Source of the DNA: a bacterium
Lineage (GTDB): Bacteria > SZUA-182 > DTGQ01 > JAFGSM01
DNA length: 64,000 bases
Reading direction: 5' to 3'
NCBI GenBank assembly: GCA_049472315.1
Contig: JBLIRN010000013.1
Coordinates: 1-64,000, forward strand
A model generated the notes under the pieces. It did not search any database, was not told where the DNA came from, and worked only from the letters and a program-made list of their open reading frames with translations. This document shows, piece by piece, positions 1 to 8,893 of this stretch (position 1 is the first letter of the stretch; every line of letters begins with the position of its first letter). The position numbers were made by a program, and so were the translations under genes.

Positions 1-378
1 GAATGCCAGTTCATCCGCTGTGTCGCAGGTTTGGAGCAGTCTGTTGGTGACGAAGATGTAGCCGTTCGGCAGGGCGAACGCATTGACGTCGCCGGAGATG
101 ATGGGAAAGAAGGTGAATTCGTAGGGATTGACTGGAAGATTACCCACGATCCTTTTCCCGATCCCTTCGAGCTCATGCCGGATGAGGGGATTCTTGGTAA
201 AGGAGAGGTGCGGCCGTATCTGGGCGTAGACCTTCCTGCCGAGCTCCACCTCGGGAGGAGTCTTCTGGGTTGATGCCCGGACAGAGCCTTGGCAGACGGT
301 GAGCAGGAATATCCCTGAGACGATGCATGAGGCTGCAAAACGTATACAAACCTTTGGTATTTTTTCGTACATACTCAT
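1..378 (-). CDS. M48 family metalloprotease (BepA/YfgC-like), 5' part only, runs off window edge
   Basis: Manual translation: hydrophobic signal-like N-terminus, then ...VNAFALPNGYIFVTNRLLQTCDTADELAF, the M48 motif upstream of HExxH; start at 378 or 372. Confidence 0.8.
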   Translation of the reverse strand, partial: MSMYEKIPKVCIRFAASCIVSGIFLLTVCQGSVRASTQKTPPEVELGRKVYAQIRPHLSFTKNPLIRHELEGIGKRIVGNLPVNPYEFTFFPIISGDVNAFALPNGYIFVTNRLLQTCDTADELAF

Positions 379-535
379 ATTATAATCACTTGCAATGAAA
401 TAATCTAAATTTTTGAATCCTGGGGCGGGATCTCGGGAAATCGGTTTTATGCAGGACAGGGATTGAGGCAGGCATTTTCGCTGCGCATGGCAAGCTTTGG
501 TGAGGTCGCGAGCCTTTGGGTGAATGGAAGGGGTT

Positions 536-668
536 CATAGTGGCTCCGCTTCGCTCCGCCTTAACGAAGTTTGGTGTGTAGCTCCGCTGCGTCCTTATAA
601 AGGTTGGCCTTAGGGGTTGCCGAGGGGCACCATAGTGGCTCCGCTTCGCTCCGCCCTAGCAAGCTTGG
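536..668. repeat. Degenerate ~35-bp intergenic repeat cluster (REP/BIME-like), locus 1
   Basis: Exact 25-bp repeat CATAGTGGCTCCGCTTCGCTCCGCC at 536-560 and 631-655 plus one degenerate unit; same family at 6385-6640. Confidence 0.75.
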
Positions 669-1319
669 TTACAGAATACCCATTTTTTGAAATCCGAACC
701 AGAGGAAGGCGACGCCGAACAGGCACAGTATGCCCCCGCACGCGATCATGATCCCTCGATAGAGCCGGTTTGACAGGAATCGCTTTCCCCCGCACACGCC
801 GAAGGATACCAGGGTGTACCATGCAAAGTCGGCGGCAATGTGGCCGGTGAAAAAGGTGAATATCCCTATCCAGCCGTATATGAGGCTCGCCGCCACATAC
901 CCGATGCCGATCGTTGCCCACCAGACGGACCAATAGGGATTGGAAATACTTGCCAGTATCCCGGTGATGACCGGGCCGTAGGAGGAATGCCGTGGTTTAT
1001 CCACACAAAAGGAGAGGCTGAGTCCCCTGGCCTTTGATAACGTGTCCCAGCCCATCCACAGGAGTATGCCCCCCCCGAGGATGCTGATGACCCCCACCAC
1101 CTTGGCGATCGTGAAGAGGTGACCGAAGCCTGCGATAATGATGAGTATCAGGCCGAGCTCCAGTATGGCGTGTCCGATGATCAGGAAGAATCCGGTCCAT
1201 TTTCCCCTTTTCATTGATTCAGTGATGGTGACGGTCAATAGGGGGCCCGGCATGAGGGCGCCCGAGAGTGCGACAATGAAGGCACTTATGAAGATACCGA
1301 AAAGCTTTACGATGTTCAT
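669..1319 (-). CDS. LysE family translocator
   Basis: ALSGALMPGP N-terminal motif, GHAILE, SNPYW; about 6 TM helices. Confidence 0.9.
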   Translation of the reverse strand: MNIVKLFGIFISAFIVALSGALMPGPLLTVTITESMKRGKWTGFFLIIGHAILELGLILIIIAGFGHLFTIAKVVGVISILGGGILLWMGWDTLSKARGLSLSFCVDKPRHSSYGPVITGILASISNPYWSVWWATIGIGYVAASLIYGWIGIFTFFTGHIAADFAWYTLVSFGVCGGKRFLSNRLYRGIMIACGGILCLFGVAFLWFGFQKMGIL

Positions 1320-1404
1320 TGCATGCTCCGCTTAGGGGATTCAGGCTGTTGATGATGCTCCACGACTCCGACGGGGCATGTGTCGCCGGTTGTTCCACTC
1401 CTGC

Positions 1405-2787
1405 TCAATGGCATGAGGATGTATACGATCCTTCTATGATACTACGACGCACGGTGTTTGCAATGCCCTTTGTGTCGAGATGGTCCTGCCAGGTAAAGTG
1501 CTCCCATGCACAGGGAAAGATCGAGTTGTTGTGGAACAGGGGGTCGTGCTCCAGGGCGAACCTGGAGTAGTGCACGGCCTCTTCCCAGACAGGGGTGCCG
1601 GGGATCGGAGAGAATTCCGCCAGCACCGGCACCCCTCCCAGGCTCGCCACCCTGTGGATGCTCGCCTCCGCTTCCTTGACATGCTGACCGGGGAGCCCGG
1701 TGAGTATGTACACGCCGAGGTCGGCGGCTGAAAATCCGGCCTCTGCAAAATGGTGGAGCGCCATCTCGAGCTCCTCATCCCTCACCTTTCCCCCGGTGAG
1801 GTCCTGTCGCACGGTATTTGCCGTTTCATAGCCGAGACGGATGGTCTTGAATCCCGCCCGGAACATGAGCTGTGCGAGTTCCCTGGTAACAAAGCGGGCA
1901 TGGAGCCCGTTGGGGGTATGGAGGGAGATGCCCTCCAGCCCCCGTTCCAGGACCCCATCGAGTATGGGCATGATGTGTTCTTCAGGATCAAACAGGAGGG
2001 CATCGTCATAAAACACGATGTTCCTGATGCCGTATTCCCTGACCCAGTGTTCAATCTCCCTTACCACCCGCTGCGGTGATTGTCTGCTGATCCCCTGGTC
2101 GAGCAGGTGAGAGGCGCAGTATGAACACCTGAAGGGGCATCCCCGGGAGGTTTGAATGCATACATACCCCCGTTCGCTCAGAAGGTCGAAGGCGGGATAG
2201 GGCAATGCATCGAGATTGTCATTGTCCGGGAGAAGTGGCACCTCTGTGCCGGTGAGGTCGTGAAGGAGGCCCAGCACCTTTCGCTCGGCGTGGCCGGAGA
2301 GCACGTAATCCGCGCCCAAGGTGACCGCATGCAGGGGACAGAGGGTCACATACGTGCCGCCGATGATGATCGGTGCGTCCGGGAAGACCTCGCGCACGAT
2401 TTTCATGGCATCCATGACCCCGGGATACCAATAGGTCATGCCGGTGGTCATCAGGATGGCCTCAGGGGAATGAGATATGTCCTGCAACTCCTGCATGAAG
2501 ATTTCAGGCGGGATGCCGTACCGCCCGTAGCGGCGAGGCACCGATGCCAACTGAAGCGGCTTTTTGATCTGCTGTTTGAGGTACTGACCGTGCCCGAACC
2601 CTCTGTCTCCCTGCGGCCTTTTTCCCCATCGCATACGGGGGTGATAGCGATCCAGGCAATCGATGACCTGCACCCTGAAATTGCTTTCTCTCAGCAGGGC
2701 GGCGATGGAGAGAAGGCCGTACGGTTTGAGCCAGTAATCGTAGGCGGCAAAATCGTGAATCCACGGATTGATGAGGAGTACGCACAT
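1405..2787 (-). CDS. Cobalamin-binding radical SAM protein
   Basis: N-terminal LLINPWIHDFAAYDYW B12-binding-type domain; TSRGCPFRCSYC. Confidence 0.85.
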   Translation of the reverse strand: MCVLLINPWIHDFAAYDYWLKPYGLLSIAALLRESNFRVQVIDCLDRYHPRMRWGKRPQGDRGFGHGQYLKQQIKKPLQLASVPRRYGRYGIPPEIFMQELQDISHSPEAILMTTGMTYWYPGVMDAMKIVREVFPDAPIIIGGTYVTLCPLHAVTLGADYVLSGHAERKVLGLLHDLTGTEVPLLPDNDNLDALPYPAFDLLSERGYVCIQTSRGCPFRCSYCASHLLDQGISRQSPQRVVREIEHWVREYGIRNIVFYDDALLFDPEEHIMPILDGVLERGLEGISLHTPNGLHARFVTRELAQLMFRAGFKTIRLGYETANTVRQDLTGGKVRDEELEMALHHFAEAGFSAADLGVYILTGLPGQHVKEAEASIHRVASLGGVPVLAEFSPIPGTPVWEEAVHYSRFALEHDPLFHNNSIFPCAWEHFTWQDHLDTKGIANTVRRSIIEGSYTSSCH

Positions 2788-2858
2788 GGATATGCAACTA
2801 TACCGGACGGAAGGAAACCGTCAGCACTTCAGGTCCTTCAGGCAAGGTTCACGGATGA

Positions 2859-4562
2859 TCAAGGCGCATTCAGCACCGCCGCATAGGCATTGATCTCGCC
2901 CCATCCGAAGTACTGGTCCCACCCGATTGCACCGAGATCGATGGTGTTGGACTCCATGATGTTTCTCACCTGGAGGGGCGTGAGGACAACCGTGGCCTTG
3001 TCGATGACAAGGGCTGCAACACCCGATGCCAGGGCACATGCAGGGGAGGTTCCTTCCATGAAATAGTAGAAGAAGGTGGAAAGGGTTGTGCCGTCGTGGG
3101 TCTGCTGCAGGATGCCGTCTGCGTAACCGTCGAGGTTTTGATCCACGGTGATATTCCCCCCGGGTGCCACCAGGTCAAGCTCGGCACCGTAATTCGAATA
3201 GCTCGGCCTGGTCCGGTCGTACTGCACCGCCCCGACGGAGACGCAGTTGGTATAGGCCGCGGGGTACTCAGGCACGCTTGAACCTGCATTGCCTGACGAA
3301 CCGAACAGGATGACACCCTGGTTGAAGGCATAGACGACCGCAGCTTCTTCGGTCGCGGATACCCCGACACCGCCGAGACTCAGGTTGATGACCTTGGCGC
3401 CGTTATTGGCGGCATAGTAGATACCGTCGGCCTCATCTGCAACCGTTACATTACCCAGACTGTCCATGACCTTGACCGCCAATACGGTGGATGAGAAGGC
3501 CACGCCCGCCGTGCCCAGCAGGTTGTTGGTGGTTTGGGCGATACACCCGCACATGTGGGTTCCGTGACCGCTGTCGTCATCCGGTGTTGCATCGGCGTTC
3601 ACGAAGTCCCATCCCGGTGTGATGAGGGTGCCGGCAAGGTCGGGGGCAAGGGCATAGGGGGCCGCATTGCGATAGGAAACCCCCGAATCGAGGAGCGCCA
3701 CCACCACCCCCGTACCCCTGGCGAGGTCCCATGCCCAGTTGGTGAACATGTGGGGCAGGTGCCATTGATACCGGTAGTAGGGATCATTGGGCACGAGGTG
3801 GGCGTGCCGGTAGTAATTGGGTTCTGCATAGAGCACCGCCGGTTCCATGGCAAGCGACTGCACCGTATCCATGACGCTTGCTGTGGAGGGAATCGATGCG
3901 AGGGTGAACCCTGCATGGAGGCTGGTGCGGATTTCGGTGCACATGTGCCTGCTCAGGGCGAGGGCGCGGTCCTGGGGAGGGGCGCCGGGCTGGAACATGA
4001 CGATCACCTGTCGGCTCACGTATCCGGGTATGAGAGGGGAGTAATTGATGCCGGCGACCTGCGTTGCTGACCGCCCTATACGAAGCTCACCTGTATCGAT
4101 GCCGGTCCCCGGGGTGGATGCAGCCGGGGGAGGTGAAGGTACCGCCTCTTTTCCGGTGCGCCATTGAGGATCTGCGCTGTTATAACTACCGTTATAGGCA
4201 AAGGTGAAATTCAGGGTATTGAACATGGTAGACAATGGGGAATAACTCGTCGGAGCATAGAAGGGGGCCTGTTGCGGGAAGAAGTACGGATTCATGGTAG
4301 ACGATCCTGTCCTCCCGAAGGGGGAATACAAGGGATACCTGGTATTCATCTGTGAAAAGCGCGGATACGGTGAAGCAGGGAAAAAGTAACCGGGAAAACC
4401 TGAGGAGAAATTCGGCGCTGGAGACCACCAGGGTTGATAGTAGGGTGAAAAATAGGCACCTGCTCGTTGAGCATGAAACGGTTGCATCAAGAAGAAGATG
4501 GCAAGTATGATAGCGCAGATGGTACAAAATGACACCTTTTCTTTATTGCCCTGTGTAATCAT
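2859..4562 (-). CDS. Secreted S8 (subtilisin-like) serine protease with aromatic low-complexity N-terminus and prodomain
   Basis: Catalytic motifs LLDSG, HGTHM, GTSPA; prodomain ...QVIVMF...YAEPNY; signal peptide; start chosen at MITQG (ORF track starts 4616). Confidence 0.9.
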   Translation of the reverse strand: MITQGNKEKVSFCTICAIILAIFFLMQPFHAQRAGAYFSPYYQPWWSPAPNFSSGFPGYFFPASPYPRFSQMNTRYPLYSPFGRTGSSTMNPYFFPQQAPFYAPTSYSPLSTMFNTLNFTFAYNGSYNSADPQWRTGKEAVPSPPPAASTPGTGIDTGELRIGRSATQVAGINYSPLIPGYVSRQVIVMFQPGAPPQDRALALSRHMCTEIRTSLHAGFTLASIPSTASVMDTVQSLAMEPAVLYAEPNYYRHAHLVPNDPYYRYQWHLPHMFTNWAWDLARGTGVVVALLDSGVSYRNAAPYALAPDLAGTLITPGWDFVNADATPDDDSGHGTHMCGCIAQTTNNLLGTAGVAFSSTVLAVKVMDSLGNVTVADEADGIYYAANNGAKVINLSLGGVGVSATEEAAVVYAFNQGVILFGSSGNAGSSVPEYPAAYTNCVSVGAVQYDRTRPSYSNYGAELDLVAPGGNITVDQNLDGYADGILQQTHDGTTLSTFFYYFMEGTSPACALASGVAALVIDKATVVLTPLQVRNIMESNTIDLGAIGWDQYFGWGEINAYAAVLNAP

Positions 4563-4837
4563 AATACGCTTCCTGCCTTCTAAGGGTTGTGTGTGAGTTA
4601 AACGATGGATTGGCATTGTGAAGATACGTTATATATTAAAATGTTATATTACAATAAGATAAAAATAAAAGGTCATAGGATCTAATAATTTTATAGATTA
4701 CACCATGATAATTATACATTAATGGATCTCAATGCCTTTTGTCAAATGGAATTCGCACCCGTTTCAACGCCCTGTTTCAATATCAATGAGTTGTAGGATA
4801 ATCAATCGCACTGGTGACCTTCACGGGGTTGCCTTTC

Positions 4838-4867
4838 TTGACACCGCATGGACTCCAACCCTATAAT
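4838..4867 (+). promoter_or_regulatory. sigma70 promoter TTGACA-N18-TATAAT, probably leaderless
   Basis: Perfect hexamers at 4838-4843 and 4862-4867; ATG 7 nt downstream at 4875. Confidence 0.7.
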
Positions 4868-4874
4868 TTTACGT

Positions 4875-5315
4875 ATGGATAAGGACTGTTACGATGATAT
4901 GATCACCAGGTGCCCGCTCCTGGGTGGGGAGGTTCCCTTTCGTTATTGCAGGAAGGTGGACGGGGGAGAGCCCTGCAGGAGGGTGCCGGTGTGCTGGTCG
5001 GAGCATTTCGACATTGCGGACTATATACGGAGGTTTTGCGCACCTCACGAGATCGATCGGTTTCTTTCCGGGCCAGGTCCCGGGCGATTGGGACAGATCA
5101 TGGAGAATTTGGAAAGGGTCAAGAGAATGGAAGCAGAAAAGAACACACGGGATGAACTCATAGAGGAAATCCGTACCCAGGCCCCCGAGGGTAAAATAAC
5201 CTGTGCCAAGGCCTGGTCCCTGGCGGATCGGTTCCATTATTCCAAACGGGATATGGGGAAACTCCTTGATGAGTTGAAGATAAAACTGACCGACTGCCAG
5301 CTTGGCTGTTTTTGA
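4875..5315 (+). CDS. Cys-rich two-domain hypothetical protein (putative metal-binding)
   Basis: N domain RCPLLGGEVPFRYC...PC...CW; C domain ITCAKAW...IKLTDCQLGCF; 7 nt from downstream rSAM gene. Confidence 0.7.
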   Translation: MDKDCYDDMITRCPLLGGEVPFRYCRKVDGGEPCRRVPVCWSEHFDIADYIRRFCAPHEIDRFLSGPGPGRLGQIMENLERVKRMEAEKNTRDELIEEIRTQAPEGKITCAKAWSLADRFHYSKRDMGKLLDELKIKLTDCQLGCF

Positions 5316-5322
5316 GTCAGAC

Positions 5323-6267
5323 ATGTCCTCCATCATTTTCGGTCCTGTTCCATCGCGGCGCCTTGGAAGATCCCTGGGGGTGGATCTCGTCCCTTACAAG
5401 ACCTGCACCTTCGACTGTGTCTACTGCGAATTAGGGCCGACCACCTGCCATATACGAACACGCCGGTCTTACACCCCGGTGGATGTCCTCTGTGACGAAC
5501 TCGGAGAGCGTCTTCAGCAGCTCAAGGGGGCGGTGGACATCGTTACCCTGGCGGGATCTGGCGAGCCCACCCTCAACGCGGATCTAGGGGTCATTATTGA
5601 GAGGATCAGGGGGATGACCGACCGCCCCCTGGGAATCCTGACCAACAGCTCGCTCCTTTCCGACAAGACGGTGAGGGACGCATTGAGGCCGCTCGATCTG
5701 GTGGTCCCCTCCCTGGACGCGGTGAGCGACCGCATCTTTCAGCAAATCAACCGTCCTGTTGAGGGGATCGGGATAGAGGAAATCCTCCATGGATTGATTC
5801 GATTGCGGGAGGAGTTCACCGGGGAGATCTGGCTCGAGGTGCTCGTATGTCAGGGCATCAATGATGACGAATCCGAGCTTGCCCGTATAAAGGAGGCGTC
5901 GGATTCGATCCATCCGGACAGGATTCACGTCAACACGGTATTCAGACCACCCTCGGTCGAGGGTGTCCGCGCGGTGTCACCGGATCGGCTGGAGGAGATT
6001 GCCGCGTTCATGGGTAAGAACGCACAGGCGGTGGGAGCCGCACGCACCAGAGAAGGGGCTGCCGCGGGTTCCCGCAGCGTGCGTACACGTCTTACCACCC
6101 TCCTCCGCAGAAGGCCCTGCACCTCGGATGATATTGCAAGCGCCCTGTGCATTGCTCGCATTGAGGCACTGAAACTCGTCGAACAGATGGTTGTGGAGGG
6201 TGCGGTCGAAAGGATCGAGCATCAAGGAACCACCTACTACAGGGCCCCTATCCCGGACGGGATCTGA
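5323..6267 (+). CDS. Radical SAM Fe-S oxidoreductase
   Basis: FGPVPSRRLGRSLG, CTFDCVYC, GSGEPTL; C-terminal HTH-like segment. Confidence 0.9.
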   Translation: MSSIIFGPVPSRRLGRSLGVDLVPYKTCTFDCVYCELGPTTCHIRTRRSYTPVDVLCDELGERLQQLKGAVDIVTLAGSGEPTLNADLGVIIERIRGMTDRPLGILTNSSLLSDKTVRDALRPLDLVVPSLDAVSDRIFQQINRPVEGIGIEEILHGLIRLREEFTGEIWLEVLVCQGINDDESELARIKEASDSIHPDRIHVNTVFRPPSVEGVRAVSPDRLEEIAAFMGKNAQAVGAARTREGAAAGSRSVRTRLTTLLRRRPCTSDDIASALCIARIEALKLVEQMVVEGAVERIEHQGTTYYRAPIPDGI

Positions 6268-6384
6268 TCGGGCCTGCCTCCTGCCGACGAAAGGGTTTGA
6301 TATCTGTCAAGTGTTTGTCCATGCCGAAGGATTGCTTCGTACGTAGCCTGCCATCAAAGCTTCGATTCGCCTTGCCCTGAAAGG

Positions 6385-6640
6385 GTTGACCTTTTGGGTT
6401 GCCTTAGGGGCAACGTAGTGGCTCCACTGCGCTGCGCCCTAACGAAGTTCGGTTAGTGGCTGCGCTTCGCTTCGCCCTGATAGAGGTTGGTTTGATGAAA
6501 TCGCGGGGCTTTTCGTGGTTGGAAAGAGCAGCATAGTGCTCCGCTTCGCTTCGCCTGACAAGTTTGGTGTGTGGCTGCACTCCGCCCTGACAAGTTTGGT
6601 GTATGGGTCCGCTGCGCTCCGCCCTAACAAAGTTTGGTTG
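6385..6640. repeat. Degenerate ~35-bp intergenic repeat cluster, locus 2
   Basis: About five units of tagtggctccgc(t/tt)cgc(t)ccgccct(a/g)ac(a/g)aagtttggt; shares the ggttgcc..aggggca lead-in with locus 1. Confidence 0.75.
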
Positions 6641-6739
6641 CCGATATTAGAGGGTAGAAGCTCGTCCTCGTGCAACGCTTATCCGAATATGTTCGGACCT
6701 GATTTCTTTGAGCGTGCAATGTACTGACAGACACTATAC

Positions 6740-7732
6740 ATGCAGAGGGGATTCATCACCATGTCTCACCGGGCAATCAAGTCGATGTTCACGCTGTTTG
6801 CCGTTTTCATCCTGCTTGCCTGTTTCCATCACCAGGTGGTTGCCTGCGTAGGTGCACGTGCCTTGTCACTCGGTGGGGCCTTTACCGGGATTGCGGATGA
6901 TACAGAGGCGACCTACTGGAATCCTGCAGGGCTTGCCAAGGCATCCTCCGGAATGTATACCATGCATAATGTGAATCACCGGCGGGAATTCAACTACGAC
7001 GACTATGTAGGGATATCCTTTACACGGGGCGGCTGGGGTGTCGGTGCACAGTATATAGGGAAATCCACCTCCAGACAGGCCTGGGTGCTCACCTCAGGGC
7101 ACGGGGTCCAGTTGGGGGAAATTGATGACGAATCAACGTGGCTCCAGGTCGGTGCGAGTCGTGCATGGTCATTTATCTTCATCGGGGCGAGCCTTCGCTA
7201 TGTGAAGGAAACACAGGAGATAACGGTCGACTCGATTGCTCCTCCCTCCTATACCCGGAGCGAGGATTCCGCCTGGGGATGTGATATCGGACTTCTCAGC
7301 GAATTCGGTCCTAAGCGAAACAGGGGACGTTCCAGGATGTTTTCCGCGGGGGTCCTCGTACAGGACCTGAACAAGCCCGAGCTCCTTGGGCAGGAGTACA
7401 TCGTCAATGTCCGGCCCGGAATGGGATTCAGGCCCTCTGATGGTTTTCTTTTAAGCATCGAGATATACGATGCGGCCTGTCAATACTTCGACCAACCGCA
7501 GGTCCGCATCGGCGCCGAATGGATCGTCTCCCCTCCCGCCTCCATAGGGGAGTTTGCATTCCGGGGTGGTGTATATCACATGAACGAGCCCGGTTATCGC
7601 GCGGTTACCGGAGGGGTGGGGTACATTCGGCCGTTCTCGGGCAATCTCTCCCTGGGGATGGATTACGCCTTCATGAGCTGGGAGGAGGCGAACAAGGTCA
7701 CCCACCTTTTATCGCTCGTATGCAGGTTTTAG
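6740..7732 (+). CDS. Outer-membrane beta-barrel protein (PorV/PorQ/FadL-like, UPF0164-like)
   Basis: Signal peptide, GARALSLGGAFTGIADDTEATYWNPAGL motif, amphipathic strands, C-terminal Phe. Confidence 0.8.
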   Translation: MQRGFITMSHRAIKSMFTLFAVFILLACFHHQVVACVGARALSLGGAFTGIADDTEATYWNPAGLAKASSGMYTMHNVNHRREFNYDDYVGISFTRGGWGVGAQYIGKSTSRQAWVLTSGHGVQLGEIDDESTWLQVGASRAWSFIFIGASLRYVKETQEITVDSIAPPSYTRSEDSAWGCDIGLLSEFGPKRNRGRSRMFSAGVLVQDLNKPELLGQEYIVNVRPGMGFRPSDGFLLSIEIYDAACQYFDQPQVRIGAEWIVSPPASIGEFAFRGGVYHMNEPGYRAVTGGVGYIRPFSGNLSLGMDYAFMSWEEANKVTHLLSLVCRF

Positions 7733-8047
7733 ATGCGCAATGCATGCCTCGACGGCTCAGTGCTGCCAGGGCCTCTGATACTATCGGTATTCATATTCAA
7801 TGTACAGCATGGATGAGCGGGGCGATAACTCCAATTATGACCGTGCACCATCGTGATCAGACATGCCTGGATACTGACTGAAGATTCAGAATTGGGATTG
7901 CCGGAGCGGAGGAGGGTGATTTGAATTCCGCCTATCCCTCAGTATATAATCCAACCAATTGGCATGTGGATGTCTTCATGTGATGCGTCGAGAAGGAGGC
8001 ATGTACAGCAGGGTAATGGTTGTGCGTGGACACAGGCGATTTTCCCC

Positions 8048-8482
8048 ATGACAAAGAAGGGGTTCATGCTGTTTGCTGCGGCCTTTGCAGTGTTCGCGAT
8101 CGTTGTTGGTCATGCGGCGGCTCTGGCGGATTGTGTGGTTGATCCCCGTTTGGATTTCATTGTCATCAATTACACGGAAGAACACGGCACAGACAAGTTT
8201 GCACCGGTTCCGTTTACCCACAAAAGGCACTATGTGGATTATGAGGTTCCCTGCCGTGCCTGCCACCATGCCTGGAAGGTGGACATCAGGGATAATCCCC
8301 TCAAATGTAAAGAGTGCCATAAGGGTAAGGAAGTAAGCGGCGTAATTTTTTTACGGAACGCCTTTCATCGTTCCTGCCTCGTTTGTCATCGTGAGGTGCG
8401 CAATCGCAATAAGCCGACCGGTCCGATCGGATGCAAGGATTGCCATGTTGTTCCGGATAGGAACTCACGGCGTTCACCCTGA
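8048..8482 (+). CDS. Tetraheme class III cytochrome c3
   Basis: Signal peptide; FTHKRH, CRACHH, CKECH, AFHRSCLVCH, CKDCH (4 CxxCH). Confidence 0.88.
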   Translation: MTKKGFMLFAAAFAVFAIVVGHAAALADCVVDPRLDFIVINYTEEHGTDKFAPVPFTHKRHYVDYEVPCRACHHAWKVDIRDNPLKCKECHKGKEVSGVIFLRNAFHRSCLVCHREVRNRNKPTGPIGCKDCHVVPDRNSRRSP

Positions 8483-8893
8483 CATGATGTAACGAATGCA
8501 TTTTTTGCACGAATCCCTGTCTGCGACCCGGATTTGGTTATCCCTCATTAATTTCCCGGCCTTCCATCCCTAAAGGCAATACCCCTGCCCTGTATTTCAT
8601 TGTCCTGTGCAGGGGAATGGAAATGTGAAATTTTTTTCACAGTAATGAATCCATGGTTTGTGCGTCTACTGTAAGAAAACAAAATCCTTGTTTTTGCGAA
8701 TATAATTTATTTTCGTTCATAGTACATTTTTTTCACAAAGCCCTGATTGATCATTTAGACATTATATTCAAGAAAATAGGCAATCAGCTTAGAACGCCTT
8801 TTGAAGGGGGGTGAGATCGTCGATATAATCCATGCGTGATCAATTCACCTATGAGGGCTTAAACATTATTCATCGTCTGGAGGATGATTTTTT

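Noticed and set aside
536..668. Repeat clusters here and at 6385-6640 as CRISPR arrays
   Set aside because: Units are degenerate and mostly abutting, there are no regular unique spacers, and no cas genes
997..1005. Perfect DnaA box TTATCCACA
   Set aside because: Single copy inside the lysE coding sequence; likely chance
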